Positions 1 to 12,230 of a DNA stretch of 64,000 nt are shown piece after piece. The stretch is from Octopus sinensis (taxonomy: Eukaryota): contig NC_043008.1 in NCBI RefSeq assembly GCF_006345805.1, forward strand, positions 42,408,001-42,472,000, in the 5' to 3' direction. The position numbers and the translations under genes were made by a program. The first letter of the stretch is position 1; each line of letters begins with the position of its first letter. The notes beneath the pieces were generated by a model. The model was not told the DNA's origin and did not search any database. It saw only the letters and a list, made by a program, of their open reading frames with translations.

Positions 1-310
1 TATTCCCGATATTCATTTGGGAACAATCTTTTTTCGGAAATTCTCGATATTTATTTTAGGACTATCTGTCTTCTGGATGGCATTGTATATTATTTTTGTG
101 ACATTATTTTGTCGCACAGGGTGGCAGTACCTTGATGACATTTTGGGGCAGCTACTGATTTACGTGCGCGATGTGCCCAGAGAAATACGACATGATCTAC
201 ATTTTCAGCTGCATCGTGGGGCTCAAAAGACTCACTGTGTGTTTGTATGTGTGTGGTTAAGGAGCCGCGATTCCAGTCTAGTGATTTCTGGTTTAATCAC
301 GGTAGACGAC
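1..310 (-). mobile_element. Degenerate non-LTR retrotransposon fragment with restriction-like endonuclease (R4/Dong-type), zinc-knuckle region
   Basis: Minus strand reads ISSCPKMSSRYCHPVRQNNVTKIIYNAIQKTDSP, a decayed form of the CCHC knuckle plus RHD/N motif (H..S.CP....Y..RH..V) of REL-type LINEs. Frameshifts and stops are present. Confidence 0.6.
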
Positions 311-438
311 CGAAGACGTGACTTCTACTACAGCCTAGGACTGAAAATGTGATTGAATTGGAGCAAAGAACTTTGTGTGAAAGTCCCTCACTTATACATG
401 TACATCGATTTCTCTCTATCCCTGCCCCTCTCTCATTA

Positions 439-484
<46 letters not shown>

Positions 485-769
485 GGTCCTCAGCTTGGCC
501 GTAGTCAAATGACTGAAACAAGTAAAAGAATAAAAGAACAAAAGAATACATATATAAATTATATATAAGACGGGTTTCTTTCAGTTCCCTTCTGTCCAAT
601 TCCATTCAGAAGGCTCTGGTAGGTCCCAGTTTATTCTACAAGACTCGCTTGCCAAAGGTGTGACGTAGTGAGACTGAAACTGGAAGCATTTGGCAAGGAA
701 GTAAACATCCTACCGCAGCCATTTCTGCGCCTATGTATATTTTTGAGACTCCCTTCGGTCATGACTGAA

Positions 770-985
770 CATGGGATTGCACCTTGAAAGTTACCCTCCC
801 AGGCACAAGTCCGGGCAAGGGCGATACAGCTTGGCCCCTTTGACGTAGCAACTCATTTCTACAGCTGAGTGAACTGGAGCAAACGGGAAATAAAGTGTCT
901 TTCTCAAGAACACAACCCGCAGCCCGGTCCGGTATTCGAACTCACAATCTCACGATCGTCAGCTCGAACTCAGAACATGGCGACG
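770..985 (-). mobile_element. tRNA-derived SINE with CORE-like central domain
   Basis: Minus strand has a B-box-like GAGTTCGAATACC followed by TTCTTGAGAAAGACACTTTA...GCTCCAGTTCACTCAGCTG. A related copy lies at 29380-29665. Confidence 0.65.
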
Positions 986-2419
986 GGCGGAATACATGCA
1001 ATAATATATATGTGCATATGCGTTAGTGTGTTTATAGTAGAAATACGCACTTCACATGAAATTATATATATATATATTCATATATATATATATATAGTCT
1101 ATTATTTCTCACAGCTTCTTCCCGAACGAAAACCAAAATATGAAAGCCAGATATCTATTTAGCAGCCGTCATATTTGTGAAGAGAATATGACTCACTCAC
1201 GTAAAAATAGATCGCAATTTTTTTCTTAAAATGAAAAAAACTATTCCACCTCCCCACCAAAAACAAAACAAAAAAGAAGCAGAAATCAAAATACAAAAGA
1301 AATCCAAGTTCTACAGAAGTAAAACCTAATGAAAATCAATAAAATATTTTCATGACATAACATCAAGAGAACTGTTTATTATACGAGTAACTATAGAAAT
1401 ATTGACACAATTTTTTTGACTTGTAAATGGTAAGAGTATTGTGGGAATAATAAAATTTATGACATTAACACGTGACTTTTTCACTGGCGGTAATATTGCA
1501 GTTACTTTAATATATATAGCATGTGTGTATATGTGTGTGCATGGTGTATGCGCGTGTGTCTGTGTGCATTTGCATAGCGTATATACACGCACATACACGT
1601 ATATATAACATTTTTATGTGTTACGGTAAGGGAATATTATATCGGCATTTGGAGGTCTGCAATGGCTTGGTTGACTACAGTCAAGAATATTTACACATAA
1701 GAATATGAATGCAGACATATATGCACGCAGATACATACACAGACACAAGCACGTCAGGGTTTCGCGTTGCGGATTGTGCAACGCAGGAGTCGTGTATTTA
1801 GGTGGTAGAGAAAAGAGGCAGGTATTCGTAAAACGTTTCAGTTTGCGTATGTAGAATTTGGTTGGTTTTATGAAAGCTACTTTGGAAAGAAGCACATATT
1901 CACACGTACCAAAAATCTAGTCCTAAGAGTCGAACGTTTCCGTAATGTAACACTTCCGTTGGGGATGTTTGATCAGCCGGTTCTAACAGAATACCTCAAG
2001 AATCTCTTCAAAGTCGGTCCCATTGATTCCAAGATTTCTTAAGCTTGTGTTTAAGAACTTACTGAATCTCTTTTAGCCTAATGTTGCCGACGATATCTAA
2101 ACCCTAGTTTGCAGTGGGTAAAGAATTTTGTGGGAGTCGACCATTCTTCAACGACACAAATTGTCAATCGATGCACATTTGTTATCTTCATAAAACGTGA
2201 CACTTGGACGCTGAAATTTATTCACAAATCCAAAAGTCTTGTCTCTATTATAGAAATATGCGTAAAATATGCAACTCAATTATCTACTTACACACGACAA
2301 ATGTCCAAACGCAAAGCTGAAGCTATCTATAATACTAATACTGAATAGCGCAGGGTAAATCTGAAGGTGGACGAACTTTATGCAGTACTATACTACGTTC
2401 TTTACAGAATATATCATAA

Positions 2420-2672
2420 CTAGGATCGCGGTTTCGATTCCCAGACCGGGCGTTGTGAGTGTTTATTGAGCGAAAACACCTAAAAGCTCCACGACGCTCT
2501 GGCAGGGGGTGGTGATCCCTGCTGTACTCTTTCACCACTCTTTCTCCCATTCTTTCTTCTGTTGGCCTGCTTGCTTAGCCAGCGGGGTGGCGTCATTCAA
2601 AGGCTAAAACAATGCAAACGCATTGTGACCAGCGATGTGTAAAAACATCTGATGGTCTGGTCGGTCACGTGA
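2420..2672 (+). mobile_element. tRNA-derived SINE (family D in this report)
   Basis: B-box GGTTTCGATTCCC followed by GGGCGTTGTGAGTGTTTATTGAGCGAAA. The same sequence occurs in reverse at 42200-42480. Confidence 0.7.
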
Positions 2673-2792
2673 CGTGATGTATATATATATATATATATCA
2701 TTGAAAAGATTGGATTCAACAACAAGGAGTACGGCTGGACATTTATCTTTTAATTATTTCAATTGTTACCGCGCAACGTAGTTCTCCAGGTG

Positions 2793-2893
2793 TTGTTATT
2801 ATTATTATATTATTATTATTATTATTCAGATCACCGTCTGGAATCGAACTCGGAATCTTGGGGTTAGTAACCCTCGCTCTTAACCACTACCCC
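2793..2893 (-). mobile_element. Short tRNA-like SINE with (AAT)n tail
   Basis: Minus strand GGGGTAGTGGTTAAGAGCG...GAGTTCGATTCC has A and B boxes and runs directly into an (AAT)n tail. There is no intact acceptor stem. Confidence 0.65.
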
Positions 2894-3010
2894 TTCCACA
2901 GGTTAAAAAATTACATGTCAGTCAACAAAAAGAAAATAAATAAATGAAGTAAAGATTACATAGGACTGAGGTAACTCCTCCAGAAGTTATAGAGAACTGA
3001 ACAACAGAGA

Positions 3011-3410
3011 GCCATAGGTGTGGTAAGTAGCTTGCTTACCAACCATACGGTTCTGGGTTCAGTCCCACTGCGTGGCATCTTGGGCAAGTGTCTTCTACTA
3101 TAGCCTCGGGCCGACCAAAGCCTTGTGAGTGGATTTGGTAGACGGAAACTGAAAGAAGTCCGTCGTATATATGTATATATATGTATGTGTGCGTGTATGT
3201 TTGTGTGTCTGTGTTTGTCCCCCTAGCATTGCTTGACAACCGATGCTGGTGTGTTTATGTCCCAGTTACTTAGCGGTTCGGCAAAAAGAGACCGATAGAA
3301 TAAGTACTGGGCTTACAAAGAATAAGTCCCGGGGTCGAGTTGCTCGACTAAAGGCGGTGCTCCAGCATGGCCGCAGTCAAATGACTGAAACAAGTAAAAG
3401 AGTAAAAGAG
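3011..3410 (+). mobile_element. tRNA-derived SINE family A, full length (~400 bp)
   Basis: Head GTGTGGTAAGTAGCTTG...GGGTTCAGTCCCACTGCGTGGCA, internal (TA)/(TG) tract, tail GACTGAAACAAGTAAAAGAGTAAAAGAG. Many similar copies occur in the window. Confidence 0.9.
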
Positions 3411-3589
3411 AAACTGAGGTAACTCATCCAGAAGTTATACAGAAATAAACAGAAGAGTGCGATAATTGGCATGTGAAATTAGTTAACCAAAAAAACCAAA
3501 AGAAGTGAAGTAAACTGACATATAATTTTGGAACCTGTGGAAGGCAGGCTAGATGCCGAATTATCGCTCAACTAATTTCACATGACAAC

Positions 3590-3599
3590 TATAATAATG

Positions 3600-3649
<50 letters not shown>

Positions 3650-3702
3650 TAATAATATAATAATAACAATAATAATAATGACAACAACAACAACAACAAC
3701 AA

Positions 3703-3789
<87 letters not shown>

Positions 3790-3795
3790 TAATAA
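3590..3795. repeat. (AAT)n microsatellite
   Basis: Seen directly in the sequence. Confidence 0.98.
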
Positions 3796-3799
3796 CAAC

Positions 3800-3965
3800 A
3801 TCGAAAAATACCTTAGGAATGAGAACCTTGGTTCGAAATTTCCCCAAGACACCGGATGAAGGCTGGAGGATATATCAGCCGAAACGTTAACAACGAGATG
3901 AGGACAAACATCTGTCAAATGTAAATAATATAAATAATGTACATAATTCCTCATGTCTTAAATAT
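3800..3965 (+). mobile_element. Short repeat relic with decayed hammerhead-like motif
   Basis: GACAC-CGGATGA-A-GGCTG(loop)CAGCC-GAAA-CGTT at 3848-3888. The core has a U4-to-G change and the 3' strand of stem I is missing. Confidence 0.4.
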
Positions 3966-4019
3966 TGAAATGAGCTTTATACTGTATTCTAGTAGGTTTT
4001 TAACAGAATATGACATAAC

Positions 4020-4053
<34 letters not shown>

Positions 4054-4132
4054 CATAGAAAGTTAGAAAAATATATACATACATATATCCATAAATACAT
4101 ACGTACAGAAACGTCCATATTTAAATACATAT

Positions 4133-4180
<48 letters not shown>

Positions 4181-4393
4181 ACACGTACATTGATGTGTAT
4201 ATCTATATAGATATGTGTGTGTATGTGCGTGTCTGCGATTGTGTGTGCATAGCAACATAGCTTCATAGATAGACAGCGTGATGCATTACCAGATGTTTGT
4301 ATTCATATATTTATATATTTGAGGGTACTTTTGTGCATGCGTGTGTGTGTGTTGTGTGTGTGTTTGTACGTACGTGTGTTTGTGCGTTTTAGG

Positions 4394-4450
<57 letters not shown>

Positions 4451-4590
4451 TGTGTGATTGTATTGGAGAAGCGCAGCATCAATGAAAATATGTTGATAAC
4501 ACTCTAGATTACCGCAAAAAGACGAAGATAAATGACAGATCACTCGGAACCGAGATATCATATCTTATAATAGATACTCTCTCAGTGTAT

Positions 4591-4682
<92 letters not shown>

Positions 4683-5409
4683 AGAGAGAGATAGTTAGAT
4701 AGATAGATAGTTAGATAGATAGATAGATTGATAGATAGATAGATAGATAGATATTTATGTATGTATGTGTATATATATATATGTATATATATATTTATTT
4801 ATATATATATATATATACATATATGTATATATATACATGTGTATATACATATTCATACATATATGTATATGTTCATATATACGCATACACACGCGGGGAC
4901 AAACACACACACACACACGGCCATATTTCCAATTCCCTTTCCTTCTCTGTTGCATATAGACACAACGGTATTCGTGAACACAATAGCAGACTTTGATAGC
5001 AAGTACGGTACCATTGTTAGTTTTCTTTCATTCAATATGTTCTAGAATTTATGATTTATCATCGACAGTAATAATGCATTTGGAAACTCTTTGGAATCTT
5101 CCAACGGTGCTGTGTGTGTGTCACTCTTTGGTTTAGACATATTAATTTGCAAACATGATATTTCGGGTTCGATTCCACTGCTCAGGAACTTGATAAAGTA
5201 TCTTCGAATATAGCGTCGGTTCAACAAAATAATGCTCAATGAAAATTGGTTGATGGAAATTATGCAGAATTCCATAAAAAATTATTGTTCCTGTTCTTCT
5301 AGGACACCCTGTTCCTGATCTAGGCTGTAGATCTGTTCCTGTTCGTGTACATAGAGGTGGATGCAGCCCGTTTCCATATTAAGTAACAACAATACATGGA
5401 TTTTATCTG

Positions 5410-5790
5410 TGTTGAGAAAGCTTCAGAATGACGGAAAGAACACGATACAGAATAATAAAGATGAAAACAAACAACTGTTGGCCAAGCGACACGACATAAT
5501 CATCAAATATCAGCGAAATTAGTAAAATGGGATGCGATTTGAAGGTAGAGAAAGGAAATGTTTGCTGTTATATTTAATGCCGGCAGTATATACATTCTAA
5601 GTAGAAATATGTATGTGGTGAGGAAAAGACATTTGTTGAAAATATAGCATTATTTCAATCATTTCAGAAACTGAGGTCTAAGACACTGCAGAGTAGATTA
5701 CTTTATTATTAAAACTCGCCAAAAAAACATTGGCTATGTGAAAATGACAAGGCATAGAATATATTCCTATAATAGAACGCATAAAACAGT
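5410..5790 (+). repeat. Diverged direct repeat, copy 1 (partner 7551-7915)
   Basis: Shared anchors GTTGAGAAAGCTTCAG, GATACAGAA, TTCTAAGTAGAAATAT, TAGCATTATTT, CTTTATTATTAAA and GTAATGTTAA occur in the same order in both copies. Confidence 0.8.
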
Positions 5791-7550
5791 AATGTTAATT
5801 GCATGTCTTCAGCAGAATGCAACTCTTTACAAACCTTCAGACATGGTGTCTGCACTGAGCAGAAGGTTTTCAATTCCACCCACTCTTGGAAAGTATTATT
5901 ACCATTGCCTTCCCTCATTTGACAATGCCATGAATCTTTTGCCTTTTAAAATTCCTGAATAATGCAACCTGATTTCGCTTCTACATACATCTTTGTCGAT
6001 TAACAAAACAGATAGAGCGGCACACATATCATGTTCTAATGCTTAGATATCGAGTTCCAATCTCCTTTGACTTACCTCCGTTGTTCAGTATTCCAATGTA
6101 GCGGATAAAAATTACAAACACAATCATTTGAATCGCTTTTGCTCATCCTCAAAATATGTCACACTTTCTGCCTTCTTTATAAATTGAATTGTTGCTGCAT
6201 TACAGGATTCCATATGCAATATACATGTGTTGTGTTTTATCGTTATTTTGGAAACAGATCAACTGATTTGGTTCCAACCATTAACATTACTTGTTTTGAC
6301 ATATTTCAACGACTAATGACTCTTTGGCTAAGACAGACGACACAAAATGTTTTCTATAGAAGTTGTAATTTAGCTGCTGGTTTACTCTGGTCAAGAAGCT
6401 CACTGGTCATGGATATTTCAGTCGCAAGCATTTCGTCCTTTCGTATATCGAGGACAAGTTTTTCTTTCTATTTTTTTTTTCAAATGGCAGAATGTAAGCC
6501 GGGAATGTTTTAACTGCTAGTTTTAGCACATCTAGCAAACTCTCGGGTATTTCCCAACTTAATTCTATTATTTCTTTAGCATAACATACTCTACTTTTAA
6601 ATTGCAGGCTATGGTTTCAGAAACATTCAACCGCTAGATTTAGTAGACCTATGGAGCAATCAAATGCTTTGTTTATGCCCATAGCATGTGGTTTCAATAC
6701 TTTAAAAATGAATGATGGCGCAAATAAAGAAATATCGACCCGCAAATCAGATATTTACTATATAGAGAGAAATACTCCATTGAAGGTAATATGACTGCTT
6801 GTAATCTATAAAGAAGTGACAAGAGTTTGTTCTTGTTAGAAACACCCTAGGTTTATTCTGAAATAAAACCAAGAAAATCTGACGTAAATCATCTTCAATC
6901 GAGGGAAAATGAAAATCTATATCCACACCGAAGACAGTAATATTTTAATACTGGGAAAAGTAAAATGGTGGTAATTTGAGAAAGGTGGATAGCGCCATGT
7001 TGTAAGGTAATGAGGAATATAAATAAATTTTACGGTTTTTCTAGCAATACAGTTTCACAAATGTCTTTCTCTTTTGTTGTATGTGTTTATAGAAAATGGA
7101 ACGTTATGCTGCTTCATTGGATTGCGGTGTTAATTTATAAATGTTAAGATTCTTTGAAGAAATAAGAGTATCGTAATAATGCTAGAAGAAATACATAAAC
7201 TGGAAGACAACAGTAAATTTGCTTCGATGGAATTGAAGACGTCTTGAACAACCATGCAATAATAATCGATTTTGTAGAAGTAACAGCTACTGTGGCTTAG
7301 AATCATTGATGCTCACTCTTCCGACATTCAGAAAACGAAAAGAAATTGAAAAGTATATTTAAAAGATGAGACAACATCATTGTATATATTTGGAAAAATT
7401 TTATTCAGGTTGTTAACCTCCCTGGACGAAGAATAGTTTCTAACACTGAATATACTTATAGACAAAAACTGTCGTATTTGTTTCTAAAGGAAAATTGTGA
7501 GGCAACACTAATTAAGGAGAAACCACAGAAGAAAAAGCGAAAATACAAAG

Positions 7551-7915
7551 TTGAGAAAGCTTCAGCTTGGGGGAAATGGAATGATTGCGATACAGAACAA
7601 AATCCGAGGAAACAAATTAACGTTCACCAAAGGACTTGACATTATCATTTAAACAATTAATAAAATGGAAAAATTATGTTATATTCAATGCAGGAATTAT
7701 AAAAATTCTAAGTAGAAATATCTATATGATGAAGAAAAGGTAACGTTTTTTCAAAAACTAGCATTATTTTAATTATTCCTGATGCTGAAGTGTGTGACGA
7801 TGCAGAGCAGATTTCTTTATTATTAAAGATCCTCAGCGAAGCATGTGTTTTGTCAAGAAAATTAGGTATACCATATTAACATAATGAAGCTCATAAATGT
7901 GTAATGTTAAGAACT
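7551..7915 (+). repeat. Diverged direct repeat, copy 2 (partner 5410-5790)
   Basis: Same anchors as copy 1. It ends where a LINE relic begins. Confidence 0.8.
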
Positions 7916-7919
7916 GAAT

Positions 7920-8350
7920 GCCATGTCAGGCCATGATTATCCCCAAGTATTTTAGGGATCTCTGCCAATGCATTCTCGCAAATCTCATTCTCATTTGTCA
8001 TATGAGATTATTTCTCGACTATTTGTGGGTCCAAGTGGAATTTCTCGACTATTTGTGGGTCCAAGTGGCATGTAACATCAACTATATACCATATGTGGTG
8101 CACCTTGTCCACCTCCACTAGGTACAGTCTATTATGCTGTAGCACCTGATCTGTTTGAAGTGGGAAATCCCGAAGGATTTTGCTCGTCTCCGACTCCACT
8201 ACTCTCTGCGGTTTCTGCTCATATCACATCTTTTCTGTCTCTATACCTTCCACACGGTCTCCAATGTAGCACGTTCGATACCTGGTCATGTCGCCACAAC
8301 TTGTGGTTTTGGGCAAGTGTAGGGCATTCGTTCGTGAAACGGGTAATGTT
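7920..8350 (-). mobile_element. R4/Dong-type LINE C-terminal relic (knuckle plus PD-(D/E)xK endonuclease)
   Basis: ECPTLAQNHKLWRHDQVSNVLHW followed by ESETSKILRDFPLQTDQVLQHNRLYLVEVDK...IVDVTC matches the ILWDF.IQTD....HNRPD.V.VDK pattern. Includes a 30-bp tandem duplication at 8011-8070. Confidence 0.8.
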
Positions 8351-8399
8351 GTTATAGCAACAGAAAGAACAAAAACAATCAACAAAATAAGCAAAAACG

Positions 8400-8840
8400 A
8401 TTACAAGAACAACGACGATAATAATAATGATGACAGTGATGATGATAATGATGATGTTCTTGTAGTTGTTGATGATGATGATGATCATGATAATGATGAC
8501 GGCGATGATGATGGTGATGATGATGATCATGATGATGATTATGATGAGGATGATGATTATGATAGTGATCATGATCATGACCATGATGATGATGATCATG
8601 ATGGTGATAATAGAACTGTAAACTGTGTAGTGGCAGTGGTGTTGCTGCAAACCTTGTAGTTGTTCATGATGATGACGATGGCGATGATGATGAGGAGTAG
8701 GAGGAAGTGGAGTGGGAAGAAGAGAAAAAGTAAGAAGAGAGAGAGCAGGGAGAGAAGGGAAAGGAGCGAGAAGACAAGGGGAATGAGAAGGAAGAGAGGA
8801 AGAAGAAGAGGAGGACATGGACGGCGACGACGATGATGGC
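8400..8840. repeat. (GAT)n and purine-rich low-complexity tract
   Basis: Seen directly in the sequence. Confidence 0.9.
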
Positions 8841-9241
8841 ACGAATAAATTCGACTGCAATTCTTGTTCGTATAGCAGCGCAACAGCTGTTTGAAAGATG
8901 AGAAAAGGATTTTAAATTCACTTGGAAGAGATTAAATTTGAAAAGCTTGGAGAAAGCAAGTGAGATGAAGGAAGAAAGAGAATCGAGAAATAGGTTTACG
9001 TTACGAGATTATATTAATAGTAAAATTGAATGAAAAGAGATTTGGTAGTTTAATGAGAAACAAAAGACAGAGTGAAAGAGAGTCGGAGAAAGAGAGAGAA
9101 AGAGAGAGAGAGAGAGGGGATAGAAAGAGACAGCCACAAGGAGAGGTAGAGTAAAGAGGAAGACGTGTTTTGGAAATTGAGGAAATTGCATGTACGTTCG
9201 AACATGTAAGATAGAGAAGGAATAAAAAAGAACACAGTAAA

Positions 9242-9277
<36 letters not shown>

Positions 9278-9285
9278 TATATACA

Positions 9286-9321
<36 letters not shown>

Positions 9322-9712
9322 TATATTATATAGATATATATATATATATATATTTAAATTTAAATAGAATGGCATGTAGCCAGAATTTAGAATTTCGTAT
9401 TCTACCTTATATAAGTGTGTTGGGGGAGAAGTTAGCGAAGAGAACTCTTGTACTATAGTCTAAGATTCCTTTCATTGGCCTACATCGTTAGAAAGAGCTC
9501 ATTTAGGAAAACAAAATGTTACAAGGTTACACTGGGAAAAAAAGCTTGTTGAGTCACTTCGTATATTCTTTATTTACGTCATCGTACACGTGTTTCAGCG
9601 AAGTTAATGATAGAATTGTGGAACTCAGACCTAGTAAATTTTCTAGATCCTCACTTCGGCAGAGATTCCTACCAATGTTACGAATCTAGTTTTGTGTTTT
9701 TCATACATGATG

Positions 9713-9746
<34 letters not shown>

Positions 9747-10407
9747 GTGTGTGTGTGTGTACTTTTGTTATAGTGTCTTTGAAATAGACGGAGAAAGGAA
9801 GGGAAATTTTACCAGAATTGAAATATAGATATGAGGGAAATAGAATTAAATGTCAACTAACGTGAGTGAAGGAAGAGAAGTGAGAAGCACTGCATTTGAA
9901 TGTAAAGTTTTATTTGAAGGGAATTTCATGGAAAAACACAGCATTTACTGATAAGGATAATCAGAATTGAAAATGGAGTCAAAGAACTCGTCGGAATTTC
10001 ATTTACGATGAAACATCTAAGAATAACACCACCAACACCACCACCACCACCACCACTACCACCACCACCAAAACCGTGCACCACTATGCTCTTGGTTCAT
10101 GTAACATAAGTGTCTGCCTCGTGGAGTCTTGGAGTTGTTTTGCTGTTGTATATAGGCGTTATAACAGAAGCTTCAGATCGGAATGAAGTGTGTTAGGTTC
10201 GGGAGGTGGTCGTGACACGAGAAAATGTATTAACTGTCACAATTTGCTTCCATATGAGTATATATGCATGTGTATACATACGCATATATAATTATATCTG
10301 TGTGTCAGCATGTGTGTATGTGTGTATGTGTGTGTGTGCATGTCTATATATCTTTTCACTTGCTTCGGCATAAACTCTGTGGCCATGCTGGGGCACCACC
10401 AGAATTA

Positions 10408-10610
10408 TCACCCTTTCAATGGCCATTCTCTTGTGATTGGCACTTGATGAAGGCGGGAGTTCGATATTGTTGCTGCCTTGTGAGATACTTGATCTGATGT
10501 GGCTTCACCTGGGTTCTTTGGCAGCAGGCGATCAAGATGATATTTCTTGAAAACATCTACCCCTACTCCACGTAGATATCTCAGATATTTTGACAACATA
10601 TTAAATACCA
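10408..10610 (-). mobile_element. CR1-type LINE 3' end fragment
   Basis: YLRYLRGVGVDVFKKYHLDRLLPKNPGEATS...AATISNSRLHQ is similar to the terminal region of the LINE at 54990-55170 (NLRDLHCVDFKERLDMFLSEIPDEPTS). Confidence 0.7.
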
Positions 10611-12189
10611 GTGGACCTTTGAAACGTGTATTATTCCATAAATGTAGTTTAAATTAATTTATGATTGTGATAGCAAATCGAACCAGCATTACGATTATAT
10701 CTCACCAGTCAAGTTCACATCTAGACTACGGCACCCGATACACAAACCACTAAATGTTCAATTATATAACTTAAATAATGCTTAAACGATGCAATATGGC
10801 AGCCAGAGGAAATTTGAACTTTCAATTGTTTCTGGAGTCATATTGTGTTTTAAATGACGACATTGTAACAACGGGTGAATAATAGGTATTCATACAAAGA
10901 GGTGAGATAAGTTCAATCACAAGTCTTTCCTGTGAGCATCGATACCAGGGAGACAAGGTTAAATCTTAACAAAAACATCAAAGCATGTGGCAGTCAATAC
11001 CTGAAGAGGTTTCAATGAAAGGAGAAGAATAGAGAAAATATTAGTCGTATTTCAACCATTGACACCTGTTATCGGTTATGACTGTGTTTCAGTCAGACCG
11101 GCGAATATATCGTATGTGTTTATGTATTTAGATATGTATGTATACTAACGTGAATTGTAACATATATACCTCCATTCATTATATATTTATAGATATTAAT
11201 ATATGTGTGTATATCTGTCTCTCTTCACACACACACGCACATAGATATATGTATGTATGTATGTATTAATGTAGTCTAGGAAACATTAAATGATTTGTGT
11301 TTTTATTGATTTTCCGTTTATTTCGTTTTTGCCCCTTTTCAAATGTCTCTCTCCTTCCGTCTGACTTTTTTTGGTTACTCGATACTTGATACATGTTTGT
11401 ATGTATATACATACATGTTAATATATGTGTGGGCATGTGAACCTATCCACTCACACATATACACGCACACTTATACATATATAGAGTCCATCTAAACTTA
11501 CCGAAACGCATGCTCAGATGTCTGTGTGTATGTTTGTACGTATGACGTTGAGTCAGAATATCATACAATGTTTAATTGTACCATTTTTTGAGTCGAACTT
11601 GTAAGCATATATGCTTCGATGTATGTATGCATGCATATATGTATGTATGAATGATGTATGTATGTATGTATGTATGTATTTAAGTATGTATATATGTAAC
11701 TATGTATGTACGCATGTATGTATGAATATATGTATTTATTTAAGTATGTATGTATGTTTATATGTATGTATGAAAGTATCTATCTGTCTGTATATATATA
11801 TATATATATAAAATAAGAAAATGGAGAAATACATCCAAATCAAATATCAACTACCAGATAATACCCAATCACATACTTTATCAAACCACTACATAAGAAA
11901 CTTTAAGGTCAAACATAATAATATATGACAAAACAGTGTACATAAAGGAGTGTACATAAAGGAGTAATATGATACAATAAGTACAATATCTATAAGAGAA
12001 TATAAATATAAATAAATATAAATATATATATATATTAATAAGTGCAGATCGTATAGGAGTAGGTATATATTTATAAAAAAGAAGTTTGAAAACGCCACTA
12101 TATAAGATAAATTTTAATTTTCTTAGAAATTATACGTTTCGGTTCTTCTTGAAAAAACGAACCTTATCAAAAATATTTTTTAAAGTTAA

Positions 12190-12230
<41 letters not shown>

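Noticed and set aside
17-352. 111-aa hydrophobic ORF on the plus strand
   Set aside because: It lies antisense to a recognisable LINE relic and has no family resemblance.
1925-1980. Hammerhead-like CTGATCA...GAAACGTT on the minus strand
   Set aside because: The core is mutated and neither stem I nor stem II pairs convincingly.
2826-2893. Possible tRNA-Ser(ACT) gene
   Set aside because: The acceptor stem is absent, the anticodon stem is broken, and it runs into an (AAT)n tail, so it is a SINE head.
2960-3460. ~45-bp direct repeat flanking the SINE at 3011-3410 as a long TSD
   Set aside because: The copies appear more diverged than the SINE itself and extra similarity extends beyond them. 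A pre-existing tandem repeat is more likely.
12128-12172. Hammerhead-like TTGATAA-GGTTC...GAACC-GAAACGTA on the minus strand
   Set aside because: It has two core changes and no stem I. It may be a fossil but cannot be supported.
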